Positions 30,401 to 39,288 of a stretch of 64,000 bases of DNA are shown here, in pieces (the first letter of the stretch is position 1; each line of letters starts with the position of its first letter). This DNA is from an uncultured Lachnospiraceae bacterium (GTDB lineage Bacteria > Bacillota > Clostridia > Oscillospirales > CAG-272). Position numbers and translations under genes: made by a program. The notes beneath the pieces were generated by a model. It made no database searches. It had not been told where the DNA came from and was given only the letters and a program-made list of their open reading frames with translations. The DNA lies in contig CAZBAR010000002.1 in NCBI GenBank assembly GCA_964490165.1, positions 6,064-70,063 of the forward strand, given 5' to 3'.

Positions 30401-30667
30401 AACTGCAGCAGGGAGGGCAAGCAGCGCTATATTCCACGGTCCCACGTATATGGCTCTCCACGATCCTGAAGACATAAGACCGGCGGCGCCGCATATAAAG
30501 CAAGCAATGCCGACTATTCCTACGAATACTACAAGCGTACGCAGAATAAGACCTATGGCAAGCTGAAGGGCGGACATTCCCTCGGCAGGGGAATAGAACA
30601 CTCTGTCAACTGTATTCTTTTTTTTATTTTTCTTACGCCGAGGCGTATATGAAGCTTGTTTATTCAA
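27458..30667 (-). CDS. Membrane-anchored transglutaminase-like (papain-fold) protein
   Basis: Multiple N-terminal TM helices; GYCSHFATA...GIPTRYCEGY, HAWIEVY..G.GW..FEVTP; C-terminal TM. Confidence 0.85.
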   Translation of the reverse strand: MNKQASYTPRRKKNKKKNTVDRVFYSPAEGMSALQLAIGLILRTLVVFVGIVGIACFICGAAGLMSSGSWRAIYVGPWNIALLALPAAVACGIASLGWKFTLGTAAAYVGAYTGIIAALYGNPISFTAESALRVYNYALYTVSGYGYYSIANYMVTDGYDYSAAAYAEYDPQRFVGVFLLCTLIGVILFLTVQKKVRLVPLIVFVTAIAAPILTYNIAIGTSGIGLSVIFICTAVALKIYDRRYSGRIEKKQNRKLERQQRRAEKKAAKAAKKSEKKEIRLKAEKIFIAALDAGAEPKKARAARRAFKKAKRSEKKAAKAAKKAAKRLDKKLAKEERKRIAKLKKSGDKDAAKEAKKALKKATASVKAKKRQQRRERAKKSRFVSFAGGYAAAGVALTVFLAVVLPMSAVSKSFRIIEPIYNKVQIASAYVTAYLKGNDIDLNELDSYGLNELTPRQLTFDSIEYKDKRIFRVETEGYNNVYLRSWIATDFEWGEGKWISADHDEVIEYRERFGKEFSPDEITTAFYSNVFPSTAEIVEKNEYKNLSKYGFNVQQINVWRNSGQSLLLFMPSHMNTDIGLLKYGLLEDNEFKYSVYFDGVYSSRFYKYGTGYSTVSYISNYSRAGVDDGISDSLEYYERCKEFIRQYRMYSDQNVINTGLYEFDISLQEDGIDYLGTNLCDRYFNYMTGDERMELLDFFDMEEEYSAYAHERYTEKTGSAVVAEIAEEIKASVGDDAGIYKKVRAVADYFNENYTYTLSPDQSKYYGDKPVLEAFLTDVKEGYCSHFATAAAAILREYGIPTRYCEGYVAHGFEPAIGGKSASLRAYVNDSDAHAWIEVYIDGMGWTQFEVTPGDYSEAMYNSSSATIDYDPSNPPFPDDNSTPSHFDPATEPEIVLPEIEEVPEDAGDIIWFLQRLAIAAAVVLFFVIIFLIVKHIRKKANDAVADRFRVIDVARNEERYNDDRIDNRKTARQINDFILSVFELIGFSPKSGELSEEYAERIRENYGTLSLIDVGDVIAAMQKEEFGHGLSYEEMYMCAEYLSDIITAVYNDLSLWQKIRLRYIKRKI

Positions 30668-30709
30668 GTGAAGTATCCGCGCTGTGCGGCTCCTTTCTCA
30701 CGTGTTAAA

Positions 30710-32380
30710 TTAAGCATTGAAGTTATAAAGATGAGCTTTCCCGTCAGAGCCTTCGCGTTCCTTAAGCTCTGTCATTTCAACGCCCCATTGACGAAGCTGT
30801 ATGTATGCAGATGAGGTATACTCAAATCTGGCTGTGGGTGATGCATATTTTTCCTCAGGGTCAAACAGCAGCACCTCTGTAGAGCAACCGGTACCCGCAC
30901 CGCCGAACTTTGTGGGAACGGCGCAGTATTCGTTTACTGATATGGGGTCAATGTTTGATGTAACTATCTTGACCGTAACATTAACGCTCTCACTTATAAT
31001 ATCTGAAAGTGCGGCAACTCGGTTTTCATGGGGAACTACGGGAGAGGCGGAAATGCGCTCAATAACGGATGCCACATCTGCCGTATCTGTAATGTCCTGT
31101 GAGGTCAGCTGCCTGTCCTCACGTCCGTCATACCATGCAACGGTGCAGCGGTATCCGCGGCGCAATTCGCCGGCGATCGCCGCGACGGCAATTTCAACTA
31201 CGCCGTCGGCGCAGTATTCCGCTATCTCATCTTCAAACTCGGGCAGCACCTCGCCGCCCCACGCACTGATGGCTGCGGCGCGCTCATCTGCAGGCTCGCT
31301 CTCAAGCTCGATAGTATCTGCAAGCTTTTCCGCTGCTTCTATCTGCTTCATTTTCATTGCAGACTTTTCTTCTTCCTTGGCTTTTCTGGCTTTGCCCTTA
31401 GCAGATGTCTCAAAAATAAGCGCGTCTATCATTTCAATAGTTTCTGCATCCTTAGAGCTTACGCCCTTTGCTTGAAGACGGCGGACTTTTTTGCTCTTTT
31501 TAAGCTCTTTGACAGGCTCAGCTTCAGCCTTGATCTCACTGCGCTTTTGCTTTTTCGCCTTTTCAGCTTTCTTTTTGCGCCACTTTGCACCGCGTTTTTT
31601 ATCCTCTTCTGGAATGGGAGCAGGAGTAGGCGCGGCAAGGTCGATGAAAATATAGGTGTGTCTGTCGTTGTTTGTGGTATAATCCTTTACCTGCAATTCC
31701 TCTGATTTTGATGAAAGCTTCCAGTGAACGTTTTTAAGCTGATCGCCTATGCGGTATTCACGGATGTTTGTAACCTCGGCGCGCTCTCTCGTATCGTTGG
31801 CTCTTGACGCGGGAGACGGTGTGTCGGATACGGCACGCTCCATTTCTTCGTCAAAATCGAGAGTTCTGGGAGATACGTTGACATTGCTGTAGTTGCTTAT
31901 ATCACGGCGAATGCAGAACATTCGCAGCGGATCGTAAATGTACAGCTCTGATACCCCGATCTCGTAAAGTCCGCGATAGCGAAAGGCGACGGTAGTCTTA
32001 ACGCTGTAGCCGCCGAAGGGGGTCATAGACAGCACCAGCCTTTGACGCTTGCAGCGAACGCCGTTATCCTGCGGCTTTGTCATGATCGCTTCCACAAAGG
32101 GAATGGGCAGGGGAGAGGCGTTGATTATACGTATCTCATAATTTACGGGCGAGTTTTTTTCTGTGGCGCTTTTGTCTGAAAAAACATACACCTGTATTAC
32201 TGCGCTGCTGATAAGCATTATTATAAAGCTTATGGGGAGAATAAGCAAAAGAAACCAGAAAAACACTGCTGATATAGGATTTCGCAGCAATTGCGTCATT
32301 ATAAGTGCATAGCAAAAAAGCACGGCATAAAGTATAAGCCCCGGACACGCAGACAGTTTTTTAGTTTTTTTATCTTCCAT
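30710..32380 (-). CDS. DUF58 domain protein
   Basis: Two N-terminal TMs, RGLY, IREYRIGD.L..VHWKLS. Confidence 0.85.
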   Translation of the reverse strand: MEDKKTKKLSACPGLILYAVLFCYALIMTQLLRNPISAVFFWFLLLILPISFIIMLISSAVIQVYVFSDKSATEKNSPVNYEIRIINASPLPIPFVEAIMTKPQDNGVRCKRQRLVLSMTPFGGYSVKTTVAFRYRGLYEIGVSELYIYDPLRMFCIRRDISNYSNVNVSPRTLDFDEEMERAVSDTPSPASRANDTRERAEVTNIREYRIGDQLKNVHWKLSSKSEELQVKDYTTNNDRHTYIFIDLAAPTPAPIPEEDKKRGAKWRKKKAEKAKKQKRSEIKAEAEPVKELKKSKKVRRLQAKGVSSKDAETIEMIDALIFETSAKGKARKAKEEEKSAMKMKQIEAAEKLADTIELESEPADERAAAISAWGGEVLPEFEDEIAEYCADGVVEIAVAAIAGELRRGYRCTVAWYDGREDRQLTSQDITDTADVASVIERISASPVVPHENRVAALSDIISESVNVTVKIVTSNIDPISVNEYCAVPTKFGGAGTGCSTEVLLFDPEEKYASPTARFEYTSSAYIQLRQWGVEMTELKEREGSDGKAHLYNFNA

Positions 32381-32484
32381 AAATTAAGACCATATCTTTC
32401 TATGCTTTCTATGCGTTTGCAGCGAAAGGTGCAAACGTGGTTTGAAAACAGGAATGCTTATGATATGCATTTGTTTTTTAACTG

Positions 32485-33468
32485 TTATCTTGCCGTTCTG
32501 TAGGGAACCTCAATACCTCTCGAAAGCTCAGTCAGTACATCGGCAACGCTCTTTTTGGCAATGCGCGCTTCCTGACTCAGCATTATTCTGTGACCGAGCG
32601 CAGGTATAAGCAGTGCCGACACGTCTTCGGCGAGAACATAGTCTCTGCCGCGAATAAATGCATACGCCTGAGAAAGCTTCATCAGCGCGAGAGACGCACG
32701 GGGGGATGCGCCCAGTGTAACAAGTGATGAATTTCTGGTAGAGCCTACAAGCTGAACGATATATTTTGATATTTCAGCGGATACGCTGACGTCAGCGACC
32801 ATAGCGCGCAGGCGCATGAGAGCGTCTGCATCGGTAACGGACTTTACGCTGTGCAGGGGATTTTCAGTTTTTCTGCCCAGTATTACAGACATTTCCTCTG
32901 TCTCGGTGGGATAACCCATGGAAAGGCGCAGAACAAAACGGTCAAGCTGTGCCTCGGGCAGGGGATATGTTCCTATATAGCCTGTGGGGTTCTGGGTAGC
33001 TATAACCATAAAAGGTGTGGGCATTTTATATGTAGTTCCGTCAACGGTAACTGCACCCTCTTCCATAGCCTCAAGCAGTGCGGACTGAGTTTTCGGTGAA
33101 GCGCGGTTGATCTCGTCGGCAAGGAGAATATTGCACATTACAAGACCGTCACGGAATTCAAACTGCTCCTTTGAGCGGTTGTATATGTTATAGCCTGTAA
33201 TATCGGACGCCATAACGTCAGGGGTGAACTGTGCGCGGTTGAATTTAAGTCCTGCCGCGCGGGAGAGGGTTGCTGCAAGGGTAGTCTTACCTGTACCGGG
33301 CACGTCCTCAATAAGAACATGGCCGCCGCAAAGCAGCGCGGTGACAAGCATGGTGACCTCGTTGTGCTTTCCGATAACGACCTTTTCTATCTCATTTATA
33401 ATTGACTGGATATGGTTGTTGGCTGCCTCTGCACGCTCGGCAATTTCCGGTGAGTAATCAAATTTCAT
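32485..33468 (-). CDS. moxR: MoxR-family AAA+ ATPase
   Basis: GHVLIEDVPGTGKT, QFTPD, ADEINRA.PKTQSALLEAMEE, ATQNP, LPEAQLDRF. Confidence 0.95.
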   Translation of the reverse strand: MKFDYSPEIAERAEAANNHIQSIINEIEKVVIGKHNEVTMLVTALLCGGHVLIEDVPGTGKTTLAATLSRAAGLKFNRAQFTPDVMASDITGYNIYNRSKEQFEFRDGLVMCNILLADEINRASPKTQSALLEAMEEGAVTVDGTTYKMPTPFMVIATQNPTGYIGTYPLPEAQLDRFVLRLSMGYPTETEEMSVILGRKTENPLHSVKSVTDADALMRLRAMVADVSVSAEISKYIVQLVGSTRNSSLVTLGASPRASLALMKLSQAYAFIRGRDYVLAEDVSALLIPALGHRIMLSQEARIAKKSVADVLTELSRGIEVPYRTAR

Positions 33469-33671
33469 TAAAGAAAACCGTTCCTTTTCATAGAATTGAG
33501 ACAATTATACCATAATTGATATGATATTTCAATGCAAATAAGACAAATTTGTTAGATTGTAACCAATTTTACTGATTTGCTTATTTGATGCATAAATTGG
33601 AAAAAACGGTGAATAATAACTTTGCCAAAAACAACAGCCGGTACCACGGTACCCGGCGGAATGGAGCATAT

Positions 33672-34208
33672 ATGGAATTAAAGGGTTCAAAAACGTGGGA
33701 AAATCTTATGGCGGCATTTGCGGGAGAGAGTCAGGCGCACAGCAAATACAAATATTTTGCCGCAAAGGCTAAAAAGGACGGATATGAGCAGATAGCGGCT
33801 ATTTTTGACGAAACTGCGGAGAATGAAATACAGCACGCAAAAATATGGTATAAGCTTTTGAACGGAGAGATAGGGGAGACGCAGGGAAATCTGAAGCTCG
33901 CCGCCGACGGTGAAAACTATGAGTGGACTGATATGTACAGCGAATTTGCGAAGACCGCTAAGGAAGAAGGCTTTGACCATATTGCGTTTCTGTTTGAACA
34001 GGTGGGAAAGATAGAGGAGTCGCACGAAAAGAGATACCTGAAGCTTCTGGAAAACTGTGAGGACGGTATGGTATTCTCAAAGGACGGCGATGTTGTATGG
34101 CAGTGCCGCAACTGCGGTCATATCATTGTTGGCAAGGATGCACCGCAGGTATGTCCCGTATGCGCTCACCCTCAGAGCTATTTTCAGGTCAAACCGAGTA
34201 ATTACTGA
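33672..34208 (+). CDS. rbr: Rubrerythrin
   Basis: [19 protein letters not shown]-terminal CRNCG...CPVC; terminator at 34215-34241. Confidence 0.95.
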   Translation: MELKGSKTWENLMAAFAGESQAHSKYKYFAAKAKKDGYEQIAAIFDETAENEIQHAKIWYKLLNGEIGETQGNLKLAADGENYEWTDMYSEFAKTAKEEGFDHIAFLFEQVGKIEESHEKRYLKLLENCEDGMVFSKDGDVVWQCRNCGHIIVGKDAPQVCPVCAHPQSYFQVKPSNY

Positions 34209-34413
34209 TATCATAAAAGGACTTCCGTGCGAAGTCCTTTTTATGCTGTTTTAACTTCCTCTGCTGATAATTAAAATAAAGCGTTAAAAAGTCAAGTGTC
34301 TCTTTATATGACTAACCGTCGCCGTTATTGACTGATATATTTAAGTCTTGTATAATAAATATACGGAACGGCCGTCCGAATATTTTTATATTTTTATATT
34401 AGGAGAAATAAAT

Positions 34414-35520
34414 ATGGAGCTTTGTATTGCGGAGAAGGTATTAGAGAGAAGACGCAGTCTGAATCTAACTCAAGAGGAGCTGGCTTCAAGAATCGGTGTA
34501 TCATCGCAGGCTATTTCAAACTGGGAAAGAAAAGCCGGATATCCTGATGTGACTATGATCCCGCCACTTGCCGAAGCGCTGGGAATTTCAACGGACGAGC
34601 TGCTCGGTGTGGGGCAGGAGACTGCCGCAGAGGTGCTTAAAAGATTTAAGGATGAACTTCGCGCAACGTCAGATATTGATGTGATAAAGGCTCTGATGCT
34701 TGATTACTATCACCGTTATCCAAATAATTACAGCATTATGGAAAGGATAATCTGGTGTATCTATCGCCGGTATTCAAATAATAAAAGCTTTGTTGATCTT
34801 GCCAAAGATATCGGCGAGCGTATAATGAATGAATGCACTGATACCGGACCTCGTATTACCGCGCGTAAGGTTCTTTCTTTTATATGTGATGATGAGGAAG
34901 CGGAAAAGTATATAAATGAATTTGACGATAATATTTTGCTTCGCTCCAATGTTACAGGAAGAAGACTGTGGAGGCAGGACCGACGTGACGATGCACGCGC
35001 ATACTTTAGTGCAGAGAGAATAATTATACTCCGTTATCTTGTACACCGCGCTCTTTATTGCAGCGATTGCCCTGAAAAGGCGGTAGAATGGTGCGAGTTT
35101 TGCCTTAATATGATAAAGCTGCTCGGCGGCGGAGAAGTGCCTGACGGATGGCTTGATATGTACGGCTTTACGATCCTTCGTCTCAGCGCACTGCATTTTG
35201 CTGCAGATGAGGGTGAGAAAGGTTATATTTTGCTTGAAGAAGCATTATCAGTTTATGATAAGTGGTATTCACTTCCCGATAATAAGCCTTTGTCGGTCGG
35301 GATAACGTTTTGTTCTGATAAAGTGGCTGTTGCCCGTATCAATGGTACAGGCAGGATATTAATCGATAATGTACTGTACGGTGAAGCAGTATGTGAAACC
35401 GATATAGTGGAGGCACTCAGCGAATCCGGTCTGGAAGGCTTTGAAACGGTACGCGGTACGGAGCGCTTCAGGAATATAGCCGCACGTGCAGTTACGATCA
35501 GAAATAAGCATATAAATTGA
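34414..35520 (+). CDS. XRE-family HTH regulator with helical C-terminal domain
   Basis: LTQEELA.RIGVS.QAISNWE..GYPD; promoter TTGACT-17-TATAAT at 34328-34356. Confidence 0.85.
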   Translation: MELCIAEKVLERRRSLNLTQEELASRIGVSSQAISNWERKAGYPDVTMIPPLAEALGISTDELLGVGQETAAEVLKRFKDELRATSDIDVIKALMLDYYHRYPNNYSIMERIIWCIYRRYSNNKSFVDLAKDIGERIMNECTDTGPRITARKVLSFICDDEEAEKYINEFDDNILLRSNVTGRRLWRQDRRDDARAYFSAERIIILRYLVHRALYCSDCPEKAVEWCEFCLNMIKLLGGGEVPDGWLDMYGFTILRLSALHFAADEGEKGYILLEEALSVYDKWYSLPDNKPLSVGITFCSDKVAVARINGTGRILIDNVLYGEAVCETDIVEALSESGLEGFETVRGTERFRNIAARAVTIRNKHIN

Positions 35521-35522
35521 AG

Positions 35523-35560
35523 AAAACCGGGTACGCAGCATAAGCTGCGTACCCGGTTTT
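35523..35560. terminator. Bidirectional terminator between convergent genes
   Basis: AAAACCGGGTACGCAGC-ATAA-GCTGCGTACCCGGTTTT perfect palindrome. Confidence 0.85.
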
Positions 35561-35562
35561 GG

Positions 35563-37023
35563 CTAAAACTGAAAGTATACGAAATCCTGCGGATCATATC
35601 CCGTGCCGTAAGACCCGAAGAGAAAAATTACGGCAATGAGAATGAAATATACCGCGTATCTGGGAAGTATGTATCGGTTGACTTTTTCAGCCAGCCTTTT
35701 TTCTGAAATGAACCAGTCTGATACCAACAATATCAGCGTGAATATCAATGTCATGACGAGCGCGCTGACTGAAAGTGAAAACGATGTGGCGAAATCCGCC
35801 GTAAATCCGTGCAGGATGACGCCGAGAGCTTTGCGGAGTATATACATTGCATCTGACAGCGTATTTGCACGGAAGAATACCCATGCAACGCAGGTAAGAC
35901 AGAATGTTATCACCACCCGCAGTATATGAAGCCACCACGCATCATTTTTAATGTGAAGAATGGCAAATACCTTTTTTCGCAGTGGGTCAATGATCTTTGA
36001 TACTACTTGATAAAGACCGTTCAGCAGTCCCCACACCACAAAGGTCATCGCCGCTCCGTGCCACAGGCCGCTTACGGTAAATACTATCATAATATTAAGG
36101 TAATTGCGCGCCTTTGAGCAGCGGCTTCCGCCGAGAGGGAAATACAAATAGTCCTTGAACCATGACGACAGGGATATATGCCAGCGCCGCCAGAAGTCCT
36201 GAATAGATACTGCCATATACGGGCATCTGAAGTTCTGCATCAGATCAAAGCCGAGCATTTTTGCAGATCCGCGTGCAATGTCCGAATATGCGGAAAAATC
36301 GCAGTAGATCTGTATTGCGAAAGCAACAGTAGCGATAATAAATTCTCCTCCGGAGTGGTCGCTCGGTGCGTTATACACCGTATTTACGACTACTGCAAGA
36401 TTGTCAGCCAGAACCATTTTCTTGAACAGACCCCAAAGAATAGGCATAACGCCGTCTCTTATGTTTTCAAGTCTGAAAGGATGATATTCCTTAAGCTGGT
36501 GAAAAATATTGCCTGAGCGTTCTATTGGTCCGGCAACAAGCTGGGGAAAAAATGAAACGAAAAGCGCGTAGTCTGCAAAGTTACGTTCAGCCTGAATATC
36601 TTTCCTGTACACGTCAACAGTATATCCCAATGCCTGAAAGGTGTAAAATGATATGCCGACGGGCAGCAGCACGCTAAGGGTCGTCGGCTGCAGGCTCATT
36701 CCCGCAAAATTGAGTGCGCGGGTTATTACATACGCTGAGAAGTTGAAGTATTTGAAGAAGAAAAGAATTGCAAGATTAGACACAAAGCTGAGCACGAGCC
36801 ACAGCTTGCGCTTGCCGAGAGCCGATCTGTCTACCAGTAATCCGCAAATGTATGTTATAAATGTAGATAAAAGCATCAGCAGAGAGTATTTCGGACTCCA
36901 GCACATATAGAAGAAGTAGCTTGCCGCCAAAAGCTGATAATTGCGGAGCTTTGACGGAAGTACATAATATATAATGACATTCAGCGCTAAAAAGCACAGA
37001 TATATCAGTGAATTAAAATTCAA
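35563..37023 (-). CDS. MBOAT O-acyltransferase (AlgI/PatA/DltB family)
   Basis: LPVGISFYTFQ, FFPQLVAGPI, FWRRWHISLS.W..DY.Y, SGLWHGA; C-terminal FVYFQF; TTG start after GGAGG. Confidence 0.92.
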   Translation of the reverse strand: MNFNSLIYLCFLALNVIIYYVLPSKLRNYQLLAASYFFYMCWSPKYSLLMLLSTFITYICGLLVDRSALGKRKLWLVLSFVSNLAILFFFKYFNFSAYVITRALNFAGMSLQPTTLSVLLPVGISFYTFQALGYTVDVYRKDIQAERNFADYALFVSFFPQLVAGPIERSGNIFHQLKEYHPFRLENIRDGVMPILWGLFKKMVLADNLAVVVNTVYNAPSDHSGGEFIIATVAFAIQIYCDFSAYSDIARGSAKMLGFDLMQNFRCPYMAVSIQDFWRRWHISLSSWFKDYLYFPLGGSRCSKARNYLNIMIVFTVSGLWHGAAMTFVVWGLLNGLYQVVSKIIDPLRKKVFAILHIKNDAWWLHILRVVITFCLTCVAWVFFRANTLSDAMYILRKALGVILHGFTADFATSFSLSVSALVMTLIFTLILLVSDWFISEKRLAEKVNRYILPRYAVYFILIAVIFLFGSYGTGYDPQDFVYFQF

Positions 37024-37063
37024 AAGACAATGCCTCCAATCGGTAGTATTACAACTGCAGAGG

Positions 37064-38143
37064 TTAATTCGCAGTGGGGAGTGTGAAGCTTTTACGCTGT
37101 GTATCGTAATACTCGATCCGTGTCTTCCACAGTTCTTCATCACTGTTTTCTGTTTTCTCGTAGCCCCATTCTGTCAGTTTTTCAGCGAGGTATTTTGAAA
37201 ATTTTTCGGCGCCTAAACAGTTAAAATGACATTCATCGTAAAAATCTGTAGAAAAGTCTATTGACAGCTTGTCAAAATCATCGTTAAAATCGACAAATTC
37301 TGCTCCGAGCCCGGTAAGATCTGAACGCAGTTTGTCGTCAAGAGCTGTGCTCATACGGGATGCTATGGGAGAAATAAAAAACACGAGCTTTATATTTTCA
37401 GATGAACACAGATCCGCCATCTTTTTTGCATATTTCAAGTTTCGCTCGTAGTTCTCGGCGTTCTTTGTGAATTTTCGCTCGGTTATTCCGCTGAGGGGTG
37501 TGACCTTTGTAAGAAAGGTATAACCTGCAAGCGGATCAGCGTCGTAGCCGCTGATATTTTCAAACGCCTTATCGTCTAACTTGTCCCACCTGTCGTGATA
37601 TGAATACAGTGGGAACAAAAGCTCCATCTGTTCTTCTCCGTCAGTCTCCTGCAATGTGGGTATCAGTCGGTTAAGTCCCCACGGCATATACATAAGATTT
37701 GCCTTCAGCGATCTGTTACTGCGCTTGTACAGCATTCCCGTTGCTTCAATAAATACTGTTTTCGGTGACTGTGTCTTTAAGCTTTCCGAAAGGTATCTGT
37801 ACGTAATAGGCATGGTCTGCTCGGGACCTGCCATAATGTATGTTGCAATACCTGTTTCTTTGTATATTTCCGACGGTATTATGTCGCAATATGCCAATGA
37901 AGAGCCGTAGAACATAATGTCTATGGTGTTTTTCTTTTCTTTGCTGTACATCCCCCATGTCGCACCGAAATCTTTGCGCTGGGGCATAAGCAGCGTCAGC
38001 GCTCCGTTGCAAAACAGTGCCAGTGCCAGAATCAGGCAGATCAGTGCGGGCAGCTCTTTCTTAAGTGACATGGGTCGCTCAGCCGTTTTTTCAGTTTTCT
38101 GACTGCTTAAGATCATGTTGTTTTTATTCATGCTTTTTCCCAA
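37064..38143 (-). CDS. SGNH-type extracytoplasmic acyltransferase partner (AlgJ/PatB/DltD-like)
   Basis: N-terminal TM, MFYGSS (block I), DECHFN (DxxH); adjacent to the MBOAT gene. Confidence 0.7.
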   Translation of the reverse strand: MGKSMNKNNMILSSQKTEKTAERPMSLKKELPALICLILALALFCNGALTLLMPQRKDFGATWGMYSKEKKNTIDIMFYGSSLAYCDIIPSEIYKETGIATYIMAGPEQTMPITYRYLSESLKTQSPKTVFIEATGMLYKRSNRSLKANLMYMPWGLNRLIPTLQETDGEEQMELLFPLYSYHDRWDKLDDKAFENISGYDADPLAGYTFLTKVTPLSGITERKFTKNAENYERNLKYAKKMADLCSSENIKLVFFISPIASRMSTALDDKLRSDLTGLGAEFVDFNDDFDKLSIDFSTDFYDECHFNCLGAEKFSKYLAEKLTEWGYEKTENSDEELWKTRIEYYDTQRKSFTLPTAN

Positions 38144-38323
38144 AAAAAGTTAATGTTATGTTATACTAAATATATATCAAAGTATACCATTTAATTCTGG
38201 GTTTGTCAATCGTTACATGAGTTGTATGTATATCGAAAAAATTGCAAAAAATTATGGAAAACTAACACAAGAACATTTTTTTATGATACAATTGAGAAAA
38301 TGCTTTGAAAGGTGACTTCAAAA

Positions 38324-39229
38324 ATGAAAAAAGCTATTCCCCTTATACTTGATACTGACATCGGCAGCGACATTGACGATACATGGGCGCTTGCCATGGT
38401 GCTTAAAAGTCCTGAGATCGACTTGAAGATGGTAACGACAAATGAATACGATACGGTCTACAAGGCAAAGCTCAGTGCAAAAATGCTTCAGATCGCCGGC
38501 AGAGAAGACGTTATTTTAGGCGTCGGAGCGGTCGGAACTGAGTCATATAATTCTATACATGACTGGGTAGATGATTACGATCTTTCATCATATCCCGATG
38601 TTCGTGATAATGCGGCTGACGCTATGATAGAGTACATAATGAATTCAGACGAAGAAGTAGTTATTCTTGCTATCGGCTCATTCAAAAACCTCGCCGAGGC
38701 TTACGAAAAGGAACCCCGCATAGCAAAGAGAAGCCGCGTAGTCGCACTTGCGGGCAATGTTTATAACAACGCATGGACCTGGCATCAGCCGCTTAACAGC
38801 GAATGGAATATCCGCTGCGATCTTGAGGCATGGCGCCGCGGTGTTGAAAATACCGACTGGAACGTGGAGCTGATTCCTCTTGATGTTTCCGGCAACATAA
38901 TGCTTGATACTCCTTATTTTGAAAAGGTTCGTGAGTACGGCAAGACTGATCCTCTTATCGGCGCTATGGTCGAGTGTACCGATATATGGATGAAAAATGA
39001 GAAGTGGAATTATCACGGTCCCACATCCCCTCTGTTTGACACTGTAGGCGTGTACTGCGTTATTACTCACGATAACATCAGATATGAACGTCTGCCGATC
39101 TATGCAAACGATGAATCTATTACCCTTATTGACCCTATGCGCGGTAAGGAAATGGACGTTGCCGCACAGTGGATAGACAAGGAGAAATTCTACAAGTTCC
39201 TCGTTGCCCGTCTTTGCGACGAAATATAA
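38324..39229 (+). CDS. Nucleoside hydrolase, copy 1
   Basis: ILDTDIGSDIDD Ca-binding motif, SEWNI, PLDV, LFD; 301 aa. Confidence 0.88.
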   Translation: MKKAIPLILDTDIGSDIDDTWALAMVLKSPEIDLKMVTTNEYDTVYKAKLSAKMLQIAGREDVILGVGAVGTESYNSIHDWVDDYDLSSYPDVRDNAADAMIEYIMNSDEEVVILAIGSFKNLAEAYEKEPRIAKRSRVVALAGNVYNNAWTWHQPLNSEWNIRCDLEAWRRGVENTDWNVELIPLDVSGNIMLDTPYFEKVREYGKTDPLIGAMVECTDIWMKNEKWNYHGPTSPLFDTVGVYCVITHDNIRYERLPIYANDESITLIDPMRGKEMDVAAQWIDKEKFYKFLVARLCDEI

Positions 39230-39288
39230 GCGGGATTTGATGATATAAATTCCCATGCGCAGAGAAAGGAAGAGAAAGGAAGATCAAT

